Of a stretch of DNA of 64,000 nucleotides, positions 47,025-57,831 are shown in pieces. This DNA comes from a virus (Duplodnaviria > Caudoviricetes): the IMG/VR virus record IMGVR_UViG_2767802241_000002, positions 32,001 to 96,000 of that record; one strand, given 5' to 3'. Under the pieces are notes generated by a model. That model worked only from the letters and a program-made list of their open reading frames with translations, did not search any database and had not been told where the DNA came from. How positions within the stretch are numbered: position 1 is the first letter of the stretch; each line of letters starts with the position of its first letter. A program made the translations under genes and the position numbers.

Positions 47025-47789
47025 ATGGCTCAATATTTATTTGGCGCTGGCAAAGTGTTTGCTACGCCGTTGCAAGATATATATGGTCAGCCGATTAGTG
47101 ATGCAACACCGGTTGAAGTGGGTGTATTACAGTCAGTATCGGTTGATATCAGTTATGACTTAAAAGAGCTCTATGGTCGTGGCCAGTTTGCTGTTGATGC
47201 AGCACGCGGCAAGGGCTCAATCAAGTGTAAAGCCACGATGGGGCGTATTAACGGCGCTTTACTCAATTCTATTTTCTTTGGGGGCGTGGTATCTGAAGGC
47301 GGTGTTGAAACCATTGCTCAAACCATGAATGGTGAAGTGATTGCCTCTGGTGGAATCGTTAAGCCCACTGTTCCTAATTCCGGTACCTTTGTTCGTGATC
47401 TTGGCGTAACCAATACTAAAGCGGTGCCGTTGGTACGTGTGTCTGGTACACCAGAAGCAGGGCAATATGCAGTTGATGCTACAGGTTCATATACTTTTGC
47501 CACGGCGGATGTTGGAAAAACCGTATTTATCAGCTTTAAATATTCGGCAACGGTTGCTGGTGCTAAATCTGGTTTAGTGACCAACCTAGATATGGGTTAT
47601 ACACCGGAGTTCGCAGTGGATCTGATGCGTGATTATAAGGGTAAGATCATGCAAATGGATTTCTTCCGCTGCACCAGTAATAAGCTTGCTTTTAACTCTA
47701 AGCAAGATGATTACGATCTACCAGAGTTTGAGTTTCAGCCGATGGCTGATGATTTGGGTCGTGTGTTCAATTGGACTACTTCGGAGTAA
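47025..47789 (+). CDS. Major tail protein
   Basis: Position; internal Ig-like segment. Confidence 0.75.
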   Translation: MAQYLFGAGKVFATPLQDIYGQPISDATPVEVGVLQSVSVDISYDLKELYGRGQFAVDAARGKGSIKCKATMGRINGALLNSIFFGGVVSEGGVETIAQTMNGEVIASGGIVKPTVPNSGTFVRDLGVTNTKAVPLVRVSGTPEAGQYAVDATGSYTFATADVGKTVFISFKYSATVAGAKSGLVTNLDMGYTPEFAVDLMRDYKGKIMQMDFFRCTSNKLAFNSKQDDYDLPEFEFQPMADDLGRVFNWTTSE

Positions 47790-47795
47790 TAACGC

Positions 47796-48110
47796 ATGGA
47801 ATTAAAGCAAGTTGATTATCCGCGTGGCAATGAAAAAGTAATTGCTGGTCATAAACTAGTGTTTGCGCCGTTACCATTGGGTGCCATTGAAAAATATCAA
47901 GATCAATTGAGTTCGGCGAGTGTACCGATCACGACAATTATTGATGTGGCACATATTTCCTTAAAGCGCAATTATCCTGATATTCAGCGAGAATTTATTG
48001 CTGATGAAATTCTAGATATGGCAAACATGGAAGAGGTGTTGGGCTTAATCATCAATAGTTCAGGTCTAACTCATAACGGCGAAAAGACTGGTGAACAGTC
48101 GGGGGAATAG
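47796..48110 (+). CDS. Tail assembly chaperone
   Basis: After the tube gene; ends at G GGG GAA TAG. Confidence 0.7.
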   Translation: MELKQVDYPRGNEKVIAGHKLVFAPLPLGAIEKYQDQLSSASVPITTIIDVAHISLKRNYPDIQREFIADEILDMANMEEVLGLIINSSGLTHNGEKTGEQSGE

Positions 48111-48373
48111 ACTGGGAGGAGCTATACGCGCATTTGGTGCTCACAACGGGGAGAGATTTTGAATATATCCGCAGTGATTTTGATATTCCCCGTTTAAATG
48201 CATTAACGGCGTGCAATCGTAGAATACCTCCCGTGCCTATCAATATTCATCGCATTCGATTATTAATAGAGGCATTTATGGGCATTGAAGATGATGAACA
48301 AGATAATGTAGAAAATAATGATGATGACGATGAATTGTTAAATGATCTAAGAAACTTTCCGCAGGGTGGTTAA
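48107..48373 (+). CDS. Chaperone frameshift extension (-1 frame)
   Basis: The -1 frame is open as IDWEELYAHLVLTTG...; no clear start of its own. Confidence 0.6.
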   Translation: MDWEELYAHLVLTTGRDFEYIRSDFDIPRLNALTACNRRIPPVPINIHRIRLLIEAFMGIEDDEQDNVENNDDDDELLNDLRNFPQGG

Positions 48374-48457
48374 GGCTACTGGCGGGAAGTGGTATTCTTC
48401 AATAGATTATTTTATATTTTATTGTTATTTTATAAACCCTTATTTGAGGTGTTCATA

Positions 48458-48895
48458 ATGAAGAAATTAATACTTACACTTTTGGTGTTGAGTTTGGTTA
48501 GTGCTTGTAGCAAATCTCAAGAAGAAATTGATTTGGAAAAAAAATCTGAAACTGAAGCCCAATTAAAAGCTGAGAAAGAGGCGGATTTAAAAAAAGTAGA
48601 AGATGCCGTTAAGTATATGTTGAAGGATGGGGAATCAGCTAGATTTAGGAATGTTATTGGTAATTGTGGTGAGGTGAACTCTAAGAACTCATACGGAGCA
48701 TATGCTGGCTTTTCAAGGTTCGTGTTTAAGCGAGATAATGGAAAAGTGGTATTTGATAATCCTGATAATCAATATTTTAATGCTGTCGTAGCCTCGTTTT
48801 GCGATAAAGCATATTTGGACAAATTCCCAGTGGATGATTCGTCTAACAATACTAATTCTGCTGCTCCGATTGATGTTGCGCCTATAGATAATTAA
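48458..48895 (+). CDS. Lipoprotein moron (homologue of 11858-12196)
   Basis: Lipobox VSAC; LKDGESARF...CGEVNSKNSYGAYAGF. Confidence 0.8.
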   Translation: MKKLILTLLVLSLVSACSKSQEEIDLEKKSETEAQLKAEKEADLKKVEDAVKYMLKDGESARFRNVIGNCGEVNSKNSYGAYAGFSRFVFKRDNGKVVFDNPDNQYFNAVVASFCDKAYLDKFPVDDSSNNTNSAAPIDVAPIDN

Positions 48896-48990
48896 TTTAG
48901 GGTCTGATAGTGGATTGCGACCCCATGCTCTCTGATAATTAAAATACCCCTGAAGATTAACTAACTCCGAGTTAGTACAAGTGTGACGAT

Positions 48991-49509
48991 ATGAAAAAAT
49001 TGAAAGTATTAGGATTTTTAACTCTCTTCTTATCTGCATGTGCAACAACTCCCAAAGAGGCAACTTTTAACCTTCCTGATGGTTGGCGATTACCAACAAG
49101 TGAGGATGCAATAGATGATTGGGCGAGATTTAATTCACCGAGTCGTGTTGAGGCAGATTTTAATGGTGATGGTAAAACTGATAGAGCGCAAATATTATTA
49201 AAAAATAATTCCTCTACGGGATATCGGCTTATTGTCGATATTTCAGATGGAGATAATATAAAGCGATTTAACCTCGATCAAAATGATTCAATTTCTGCCC
49301 AAAGCATGGCAATAGAATTATTAGATCCATCTAATGAGGTATGGGATAGCGCTTGTGAAAAAGGTTATTGGGAATGCCAACAGAATGAAATTCGGAAGTT
49401 TAAGATATCCAAGCCTAGTATCCAATTTTGCTACATAGAGTCAGCTTGCGTAATCTACATGTGGTCAGATCGTAATAAAAACTTCACGAAGATTCCATTG
49501 TCTGATTAG
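48991..49509 (+). CDS. Lipoprotein moron
   Basis: Lipobox LSAC; DFNGDGKTD Ca-binding-like motif. Confidence 0.75.
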   Translation: MKKLKVLGFLTLFLSACATTPKEATFNLPDGWRLPTSEDAIDDWARFNSPSRVEADFNGDGKTDRAQILLKNNSSTGYRLIVDISDGDNIKRFNLDQNDSISAQSMAIELLDPSNEVWDSACEKGYWECQQNEIRKFKISKPSIQFCYIESACVIYMWSDRNKNFTKIPLSD

Positions 49510-49599
49510 TTGCTTAGGTAAGACTTAAATATTTTAAGAATACTCAAAAAGATTTTATCACCGCCATCACGGCGGTTTTTTTATGCCTGCGAGGTAGTT

Positions 49600-52500
49600 A
49601 TGGCGAATGGTAATAAGGTAGAAGTAAGTATTGGTGCTAACACTTCCGAGCTTAAAACTGGCATGAAAGAGTCAGGTGAGGTTGTTAGTAAAACTGTAAA
49701 AGAAATGGAGAATGCTGGTAAAAGCCTGAAAATTAATATTGATACATCTATTATTGAAAAAAGTTTTACAGATATGTCTCGTAATGTGCAGGGCAATATG
49801 CAAAAACTTAGCACGAATATTAGTGATTCATTTAATAAAAGCTTTGCTTCGATTTCCAGCTCATTTAAATCTGTGAGTACGCTTTTAGCTGGTACCCTAA
49901 CTGTTAGTAATGTCATTGATATGGCAGATAGCTATGGGCAAATGGGTGCGCAGATTCGTAAAGCTTCTACTGATATGGTTGAATACAATAAAGTCCAAGA
50001 TCATTTACTAGAAACAGCAAATACAACATATCGCTCACTTGAAGAAGCACAACAGGTTTACCTTGATGTGGGTGGTGCTTTAAAGGCGTTTGGATCCACC
50101 ACAGAAGAAGCTTTGCGTATTACTGACAGCTTATCGTTTAGTTTTACCCATAACGCAACAGCATCAGATAAAGCGGCATCAGCAACCAACGCTTTTATGA
50201 AAAGTATTTATAGCAATAAGGTTTCTGGTGATGCCTTTGTCACTATGCTATCAGCTATACCAAGCATTGTTGATGATTTATCTACAAGCATGGGGGAATC
50301 TAAAGATAAAATTCTTGAAATGGGGAATGCAGGCAAGATCACAGGCAACCAGCTCAAGAAAGCTTTTAATGATAGTCGCGAGGCAAATGAGGGCTTTGCT
50401 AATGATATGGAAAACAGTGTTAATGATGGCTTGCGCGTACTAAAGACTGAATTGACCGTATTTATTGGTAAGGCCAATGAGGCGCATGCAGTTACCGGAA
50501 AAATAGCTGCCGTGCTTGTTGCTCTAGGTAAAAATATTAGTACTGTTGTTGCGGGAGTCAGTGCTGTAGCTGCAGTGTTGGCGACTAAATATATTACACA
50601 GATGGCACTATCGATCAAGACGACAGTTGCTGCTACTATCGAAAATATTAGAAATCAGGCGAGTTTGGCCGGTTTATCCGCCCAAGCAACGTTAACAACA
50701 CGTAGTCTAGCTGTATTACGTGGTGCAATGGCGGTGCTCGGCGGTCCTGCTGGCTTAGGTATGTTGGCGGTGCAAGGTATTGCAGCTGGCGCTGCATTCT
50801 TATATCTGAAAAAAAGTAGCGATCAAGTAGAACCATCGCTTGAAAGTCAGGGTAAATCTGTTGCTGAGCTAAAGGCAGAATATGATCGCTTAGATGCCGC
50901 CCAACAGCGCGTACTGACGCGTCAGACCAAGGCTGATCTTACAACTGCAGAAGAAGGTTTTAAAAAGCAAGAGATTGCTTTATTGGGCTTAGTACGCGCC
51001 GTGATCAACCATTCTGATGCTACATATGAGGATAAGAAAAAGGCCAAAGAACTATATGACCAGTATCTTGATGGCAAGATCAAAGCTGATCAGCTTGCAA
51101 CCGGTATCAATAATCTTAAGTCGGTCGAAGAAAAGCATAAATCTACTATTGATGAAAAATCAAAATCTTTGACTAAAGAGCAAGAAGCAGTCTTTAAAGC
51201 ATTGGATGTACTGAAGTCATATAGCAATGTGACGCGTCAATCAACGATTGATAATAAAGCACATACCAATTCAGTCAATGAAAAAGCTAACGCTTATGCA
51301 AATTTAACTGAGAAACAGCGTCAATATGTAGATGGTGTTAATAAGACAGCTGGGCGTGAACGTTATGTACAGACTAATATGGCAGTTACTGGCATATCGC
51401 GTGAGCGTGCAGAACATCGTGCTGATGCGCGTGAAGCTGCTGGTATGGGATTTACCAATAAAGATGGTGTGATGCCAAAGGAGCTTCTGGATGCCGAGCA
51501 AGCCTCATGGGACCTTAAGCAGCAGGAAAAAGCACGGCAAGAGGCGGAAAAAAAAGCCTTAGATGCAAAAAAGAAAAGTGAGGCGGCAAATAATAAGCAG
51601 ACCGGTAATCGTCTAGTTGGTCTTGTTGGGAGTACTGGGCGTAGCACGGGTAACCATCTTCATTTGCAATACCCCAAAGGATCAGGGAAAGGCGGTGTTA
51701 CTGCACAAGACATGGCTTTGTTACAGTTAGGGGGGCAGACGCTTAAACCAAGTATGTCTAAACACCCATACGGTGAAGACAGGGGGAGCCGAGGAAAGCA
51801 CGGGGGCTGGGATTTTTCTGCACCAGCTGGTACAGAAATTACGACGAATGCCGCCGTGAAAGATGTACAAAAAATGGTGTCTGAAACAGGTGGTTATACT
51901 TCAAGGGTATTTTTTGAGAATGGTGTGGTGCTTGATTTAATGCATCAGATCCCAGCAATGATGCAAAAAGTTAAAGGTGGTGCTAGTAAAGGGAGTAATA
52001 CCTCATCAAGTAAAGATAGCTATCAAGCATTCGTTGATGCTGAAAAAAACAAGCTAAACCTACAGCACAAATACGCTTCACAGAGAAAACAGGTCGAGCT
52101 TGATTTAGAGGAGGAATTGGCGGCGATTCGAGAGTCAACTTTAAGCAAAAGCGAAAAAGAAGACTTTGCTGTAAAAGCTAAAAAAGAAGCTGCCGACAAG
52201 ATCAAGGCGATCGAGCTGGAGGAGTTGGAAAATACTCAAGATATGTCTGAACAGATTATTGAGGGTAAAGAGCTACTGGCACAGCGGATCTACGAGCTGG
52301 AAATGGCACAGACTCAGGCTTTATTTGAAGCTAAGCAAATCTCCAATTCGCAGAGACTGCAGCTTGAGAAGCAGCTGGAAGATAAGCTTTATCAAACTAA
52401 GCGGAATGCCTTGGAAGATCGCTTATCACTGGAAATGAGCAAGAGTGCTTTTAGTGGTAAGAGTGACGGCGTACATAATGCCAATGAAAGCATAGCGGCT

Positions 52501-53349
52501 CTAGATAATGAAAAGACCATTTCTGACACCTTAATGCCTGGTCTGATTAATGATGCTCAAATGAAAGATTTTGAAGATAAATTTGGTGGCTTAACCAATC
52601 GGATCTCTGGTCTTTGGGATAAAGGCATTCAAGCCATGATGAATGGTACCTTGACTTGGAGCAATGCGACTAACGCCGTTTTAACAGATATGGCTGGATT
52701 CTTTCTTCAGAAGATGGTGACTGAACCATTGCGCGTCTATATGACAGGTTTAGCTCAACGTATGGCGATAAAGCTAGGTTTTATTAAAACTGAAACGGCG
52801 GCTGAAGTTGGTGGGCAAGCAGCTCAAACAACTGCAGTAGTTGCAGGTGAAGGAGTTAAAACGGCAGCTACGGCGACTGGTGTATTGGCACGTTTGGCGC
52901 TTAAGGCTGGCGAAGCAATTAAATCGATCATGATGTATGCATGGGAAGCAATGGCTGGGGCATTCAAAGCGATGGTATCAATCCCATATATTGGGCCATT
53001 TCTCGCCGTAGGTGCTGGCGCTGCAGCATTAGCATTGGTTGGTGGTTTAGCCGGTAAAATTAAGTCTGCTCGCGGTGGTTATGATATTCCTGCGGGTGTG
53101 AATCCAGTAACCCAATTGCATGAAGAAGAAATGGTGTTGCCCAAACAACATGCCAACACCATTCGTGCTTTAGGGCGATCAATGCGTAATGGCGGAATGG
53201 AACAACCTGCAATGGCTGGTGATGGTGGTGGTATGTCTACGATTAATATTCAAGCATGGGATTCTAGCGATATTCGCCGTTTTATGCGTAAGCATGGGCG
53301 TGAGTTGGCTGGTGGTCTAAAGGGGTATGGTCGTAACTTTGGTAAATGA
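49600..53349 (+). CDS. Tape measure protein with an internal permuted M23-like domain
   Basis: 1249 aa; N-terminal region homologous to TMP of prophage 1. Confidence 0.9.
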   Translation: MANGNKVEVSIGANTSELKTGMKESGEVVSKTVKEMENAGKSLKINIDTSIIEKSFTDMSRNVQGNMQKLSTNISDSFNKSFASISSSFKSVSTLLAGTLTVSNVIDMADSYGQMGAQIRKASTDMVEYNKVQDHLLETANTTYRSLEEAQQVYLDVGGALKAFGSTTEEALRITDSLSFSFTHNATASDKAASATNAFMKSIYSNKVSGDAFVTMLSAIPSIVDDLSTSMGESKDKILEMGNAGKITGNQLKKAFNDSREANEGFANDMENSVNDGLRVLKTELTVFIGKANEAHAVTGKIAAVLVALGKNISTVVAGVSAVAAVLATKYITQMALSIKTTVAATIENIRNQASLAGLSAQATLTTRSLAVLRGAMAVLGGPAGLGMLAVQGIAAGAAFLYLKKSSDQVEPSLESQGKSVAELKAEYDRLDAAQQRVLTRQTKADLTTAEEGFKKQEIALLGLVRAVINHSDATYEDKKKAKELYDQYLDGKIKADQLATGINNLKSVEEKHKSTIDEKSKSLTKEQEAVFKALDVLKSYSNVTRQSTIDNKAHTNSVNEKANAYANLTEKQRQYVDGVNKTAGRERYVQTNMAVTGISRERAEHRADAREAAGMGFTNKDGVMPKELLDAEQASWDLKQQEKARQEAEKKALDAKKKSEAANNKQTGNRLVGLVGSTGRSTGNHLHLQYPKGSGKGGVTAQDMALLQLGGQTLKPSMSKHPYGEDRGSRGKHGGWDFSAPAGTEITTNAAVKDVQKMVSETGGYTSRVFFENGVVLDLMHQIPAMMQKVKGGASKGSNTSSSKDSYQAFVDAEKNKLNLQHKYASQRKQVELDLEEELAAIRESTLSKSEKEDFAVKAKKEAADKIKAIELEELENTQDMSEQIIEGKELLAQRIYELEMAQTQALFEAKQISNSQRLQLEKQLEDKLYQTKRNALEDRLSLEMSKSAFSGKSDGVHNANESIAALDNEKTISDTLMPGLINDAQMKDFEDKFGGLTNRISGLWDKGIQAMMNGTLTWSNATNAVLTDMAGFFLQKMVTEPLRVYMTGLAQRMAIKLGFIKTETAAEVGGQAAQTTAVVAGEGVKTAATATGVLARLALKAGEAIKSIMMYAWEAMAGAFKAMVSIPYIGPFLAVGAGAAALALVGGLAGKIKSARGGYDIPAGVNPVTQLHEEEMVLPKQHANTIRALGRSMRNGGMEQPAMAGDGGGMSTINIQAWDSSDIRRFMRKHGRELAGGLKGYGRNFGK

Positions 53350-53359
53350 GGAGTGAGAT

Positions 53360-54010
53360 GTGTCTGATGTATTGTTTCCTGAATTGCCGGGGTTGGAATG
53401 GGACTTAACCAAAGCCCCAAGCTTTAATACTAAAATCATGACCTCGATCAATGGTCGTGAACTTAGAGCAAGTTATCAGGCCATCCCTAAATATGACATT
53501 ACTTTGTCCTTTGGGTTCCTGCGGGAGTCCAAAGGGCGAACTGAGCTGCAGCAACTTGAAGGCTTCTTTTTAGAACGCCGTGGTGCTTTTGATTCATTCT
53601 TGCTGAAGATGCCAGATGATCATCAATTTGACTGTACCTATATTGGCGATGGCTACACAAGCATTTTTCAGCTTTATAAAAACATGCATACGGCGCAAAT
53701 CCCATTGAGTCATAGCCAGTCTTTTTCACGACCAGTAAACCCATTGATGTGGAATAAGAGACCAGTGAAATCGATGTGGGATGGTAATGCTCAAAAGCCA
53801 ATGTGGAATAAAGCCACGGCGGGTGTCACCAAAAATGGTCAGGTCATATTGTCTGAGCCGCTAGAAGATGGACAAACGATGTCGATCAGCGGCACTTATT
53901 ACTATCGCTGCCGCTTTAAAGATGATGAGCAGCAATATACCAATTTCATGTATAAGCTCTGGAAAGCCAATAAGGTGCAATTGGTAGGATCATTGGGGAA
54001 TAAGCTATGA
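53360..54010 (+). CDS. Distal tail protein (DUF2460-like)
   Basis: FFLERRGAFDSFL; GDG...FQL; CRFKDD. Confidence 0.8.
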   Translation: MSDVLFPELPGLEWDLTKAPSFNTKIMTSINGRELRASYQAIPKYDITLSFGFLRESKGRTELQQLEGFFLERRGAFDSFLLKMPDDHQFDCTYIGDGYTSIFQLYKNMHTAQIPLSHSQSFSRPVNPLMWNKRPVKSMWDGNAQKPMWNKATAGVTKNGQVILSEPLEDGQTMSISGTYYYRCRFKDDEQQYTNFMYKLWKANKVQLVGSLGNKL

Positions 54011-54864
54011 GAAAAGCCTCAGCAAAACTTATTGCATTATTAGATGCTGATCAGTTCTTGATGGCTGATCTATACACGATTACGACCATTCAGGGTGATG
54101 TTTATCGTTATACCAATTTTGATACACATTTAACGGTGAGTGGTTTGCTCTATCGCGCAGATGGTCCAATCATTAGCCGTGAAGGCATATCACTGTCATT
54201 AGGTGTGGAAGTAGACTCGCTATCTATTTCGATTCAAGTTACCGGTGAAGAATCATTAGATCAAATTCGCATGGTACAGGCATTTCATAACGGCGTATTG
54301 GATGGTGCGCGCTTCAAGTTGGAGCGTGTATTTTTAAATTATATGAATCCCGGTGATACCAGCGCCGGAACTATTAAGTTATTTGAGGGGCGCATCATTG
54401 AGCCTGAATTTGATCGTAATAGTATTGATGCGCATGTGGCATCGGATACCGATGTTTTAAATGTGCAGATGCCGCGTAATCTTTACCAGCCAAGCTGCTT
54501 AAACACCTTATTTGACGGTGGCTGTGGATTATTGCGATCAGAATACGCCGTGAATGCAACGCTTGAGACTGGTAGTACGGAATATCGATTGCTATGTCAG
54601 CTAAGTCAGCCGCAAGGTTGGTTTACGCAAGGTGTTGTTGAATTTACCCAAGGTGTAAATAAAGGTCTTAAACGTACAGTGCGACTACATGAGTCGGGCG
54701 CATTGTTATTGACTCTACCCTTGCTAGATATGCCTGCGGTGGGTGAGCTTATTAAGGTTTATCCAGGATGTGATAAGCGGCTTGATACCTGCATGAATCG
54801 ATTTAACAACCGTGATCATTTTCGTGGGCAACCTTTTATACCAGTACCGGAGACCGCAGTTTAA
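54007..54864 (+). CDS. Tail hub protein (DUF2163/BR0599-like)
   Basis: YQPSC...GC; PGCDKRLDTCMNRFNN...FRGQPFIP. Confidence 0.85.
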   Translation: MRKASAKLIALLDADQFLMADLYTITTIQGDVYRYTNFDTHLTVSGLLYRADGPIISREGISLSLGVEVDSLSISIQVTGEESLDQIRMVQAFHNGVLDGARFKLERVFLNYMNPGDTSAGTIKLFEGRIIEPEFDRNSIDAHVASDTDVLNVQMPRNLYQPSCLNTLFDGGCGLLRSEYAVNATLETGSTEYRLLCQLSQPQGWFTQGVVEFTQGVNKGLKRTVRLHESGALLLTLPLLDMPAVGELIKVYPGCDKRLDTCMNRFNNRDHFRGQPFIPVPETAV

Positions 54865-55286
54865 TGAGAAACCTAGATGCAGTAGCTGAGGCTATGACTT
54901 GGCTGGGTACGCCGTATCACCATCAAGGGCGGGTGAAAGGTGTTGGTGTGGATTGCGGAACTTTAATTTGTGAAGTGTATGAGCGTGTTGGGCTAATGGA
55001 TCATTTAGATCCGCGCCCATATCCACCAGACTGGCATATGCATCAACTTGGTCAACGCTATCTTGAGCATGTGAAAAGTGTCTGCTTTGAAGTTACTGAG
55101 CCGCAGCCGGGTGATATTGTTTTATACCATTTTGGCAAGTGCATTAGCCACGGCGCAATTGTTGTTGAATGGCCCACGATCATTCATTCGTATATCCATC
55201 AAGGTGTCATTCTCCAAGATGGTACCAAAGGAAGTTTAGCCCGGCGAATAGCTGGGTTTTTTCGTATGAAGAGGCTAAAAGAATAA
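54864..55286 (+). CDS. NlpC/P60 tail peptidase
   Basis: WLGTPYHHQG...GVDC...HGAI...IIHS. Confidence 0.9.
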   Translation: MRNLDAVAEAMTWLGTPYHHQGRVKGVGVDCGTLICEVYERVGLMDHLDPRPYPPDWHMHQLGQRYLEHVKSVCFEVTEPQPGDIVLYHFGKCISHGAIVVEWPTIIHSYIHQGVILQDGTKGSLARRIAGFFRMKRLKE

Positions 55287-57775
55287 TGGGCGGACTTTTT
55301 AAAGGTGCAACGATCAGCATGTCTGATACCCGCATTAACTCGATGCGGATTCAGCAATCAGCCTATGGTCTATGTCAGCCACTGGTGTATGGTAAGACAC
55401 GCATCACGGCTAATATGTTTTGGTACGGCGATTTCACTGCCATAGCACATACTACAACCACTAAATCGGGCGGTAAGGGCGGTAAAACCAAAACACGTAA
55501 TACCACCTATACCTATAGCGCATCATTAATGCTGGGGCTATGTGAGAATCCAATTAAAGATATTGGTATCGTGTGGCGTAATAAAGAACAATTGGTTGAA
55601 AAGCAAGAAAATGGAATTAAATTGCAGCCGATCGATCAACTTGGTTTTGAGTTGTTTGATGGCAAGAATAATTCTCGATGGGGTTATTTACAGACCAAAC
55701 ACCCCGATGAAGCACTGAATTATCCATATCTTGGCTATGTGGCCAGTGCCAATTACGACCTAGGTGATAGTGCAAGCCTCTCAAATCACACCTTTGAAGT
55801 GATTAGTACTATTACGCTTTCAGATACGATCCATGATGCTAATCCAGCTGATGTGATCAAAGACTTTATAACAAATCCGCAGTACGGCGCAGCGCCCAAT
55901 ATTAACATTGAAGATTTATCGGAATTTCGCACCTACTGTCGGGCTGCTAATTTATTGATTAGTCCTGCGTTTACGGAGCAGAACAAAGCAGCAGAAACCA
56001 TTGATGAAATTGTTAATGCGGTAAATTGCGCCGTAGTGCCAAGCCCAGATGGTCTAAAAATTAAATCGTTTGGAGATAGCGCAATCACGGGAAATGGTGT
56101 GACATTCACGCCAGATCTAGCACCGGTCTATCACCTTACCGACGATGATTTTATCGGTGAAGACGAACCAATTAGAGTGCGCCGTAGCCGTGATACCGAT
56201 GCTTATAACCACACTCAGATTGAGTATGTGAATCGTTACAACCAATACAACACTGAAACTGTAGAGGCTAAAGATCAGGCAAATATAGAAATGTTTGGCT
56301 TACGCACTGAAGATCCGGTGAAGCAAGCATTCTTTTGTGAGCCTAAGATCGCTAGACATGCCTGCCAGCTCCGCCTGCAGCGTTTGCTGTATGTGCGCAA
56401 TGAGTACGAGTTTAAATTGGGGTGGAAATATTGCCGTCTTGAGCCAATGGATATCGTAACGCTCACAGATTGGGACATAGGGCTTAATCGCTTTCCTGTT
56501 CGCATAACTCGCGTAGAAGAAGATGATGAAGGCTTGCTGACAGTCACGGCTGAAGAATTAGCTATCGGCTCCAGATCTGCTGTTGAATACGATTTGCAAT
56601 CGTCAAATGGATACCAAGGCGGTAATGAAGAGCCGGGAAATGTAAATGCGCCAGTAATCTTTGAGCCACCATTAGAGTTAACCGGCGGCCAAAATGCGAT
56701 TTATGTGGCTGTATCTGGTGGTATCAATTGGGGTGGTTGTAATGTTTGGGCCAGCTTAGATAATGCGACCTATGAAATGATTGGCACTGTATACGGATCA
56801 GCACGTTACGGGTATCTCAAAGATGGGGTTGATGCTGAAGCAACCTCAATGCAAGTACAGTTAAATACTTCAGGACAGATATTTGGTGGGACTTTGGCTG
56901 ATGCTCAAGTCGATGCAACGCTGTGCAAGCTCGGTGATGAGTATGTCAATTATCAACAGGCAACTTTAAATGGAGCGGGTTTATATACGCTAGATGGACT
57001 ACTGCGTGGTCGTTTTGATGATGCGCAGGCACATAATACCGGTGAGTCATTTGTGCGTATCGATCGGGCCATCTTTGAGTATTCAATCAATAGTAATTTA
57101 ATTGGTAAGCGTATTTACTTGAAATTCACCAGCTTCAATGGTCTACAGCAAAAAGAGCAATCACTAGATGAGGTATCAGCATATAGCTATACGGTTAAGG
57201 GTGGAAAACCTGCAGGTGTCAAAGGTTTATCCCTACAGTCGCCGTTTCTCGGTACGAGCTTTAAAGTGCAGTGGCTCAGTGCAACGGGTGCGATTGGTTA
57301 CGCCGTGCAAGTCTGGTCGAATGGCCGGATGCTGCGAGAAGTGGACGCAGCAAACTTGGACTATAGCTACTCTATTGAGGAAGCGAAAGTCGACGGCATT
57401 GAGCGTTCATATGATATTCGTGTCGCCAGTAAGAATAGGGATGGCATAAGCAGCTACGCTGAGCTTTCAATTAGCAACCCAGTGCCAGATAAACTATTAA
57501 ATGTTTATAGCTCGGCAACTAAGGATTCAGTAACTATAAGTTGGGTGCCAAGCGATGCACCGGATTTAAAGGATTATGAGGTTTGGATTAGTACAGATGC
57601 AAACTTTAATCCTGAACGAACTGCATCCGCGTGGATCGGTACTGCGACTACATGCACGATCAGCAATCTGCAATCAACCACAACGTACTATGTGCGTGTA
57701 GCTGCACGTGACGTATGGAAAGCAACAACTTGGAATTATTCAGATCGGATTACACAATCTACAGCTGAGGCTTAG
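55286..57775 (+). CDS. Central tail tip protein with C-terminal FN3 domains
   Basis: PLVYGKTRI; LRGRFD; YYVRVAARD. Confidence 0.85.
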   Translation: MGGLFKGATISMSDTRINSMRIQQSAYGLCQPLVYGKTRITANMFWYGDFTAIAHTTTTKSGGKGGKTKTRNTTYTYSASLMLGLCENPIKDIGIVWRNKEQLVEKQENGIKLQPIDQLGFELFDGKNNSRWGYLQTKHPDEALNYPYLGYVASANYDLGDSASLSNHTFEVISTITLSDTIHDANPADVIKDFITNPQYGAAPNINIEDLSEFRTYCRAANLLISPAFTEQNKAAETIDEIVNAVNCAVVPSPDGLKIKSFGDSAITGNGVTFTPDLAPVYHLTDDDFIGEDEPIRVRRSRDTDAYNHTQIEYVNRYNQYNTETVEAKDQANIEMFGLRTEDPVKQAFFCEPKIARHACQLRLQRLLYVRNEYEFKLGWKYCRLEPMDIVTLTDWDIGLNRFPVRITRVEEDDEGLLTVTAEELAIGSRSAVEYDLQSSNGYQGGNEEPGNVNAPVIFEPPLELTGGQNAIYVAVSGGINWGGCNVWASLDNATYEMIGTVYGSARYGYLKDGVDAEATSMQVQLNTSGQIFGGTLADAQVDATLCKLGDEYVNYQQATLNGAGLYTLDGLLRGRFDDAQAHNTGESFVRIDRAIFEYSINSNLIGKRIYLKFTSFNGLQQKEQSLDEVSAYSYTVKGGKPAGVKGLSLQSPFLGTSFKVQWLSATGAIGYAVQVWSNGRMLREVDAANLDYSYSIEEAKVDGIERSYDIRVASKNRDGISSYAELSISNPVPDKLLNVYSSATKDSVTISWVPSDAPDLKDYEVWISTDANFNPERTASAWIGTATTCTISNLQSTTTYYVRVAARDVWKATTWNYSDRITQSTAEA

Positions 57776-57831
57776 ATTTTTAGTTTCAACCAAAACCCAC
57801 CACACGGTGGGTTTTTTTATGGGGTAATGAA

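Noticed and set aside
53740-53815. Triple (P/S)MW(N/D) repeat in the distal tail protein
   Set aside because: Short low-complexity loop insert; no functional claim can be supported
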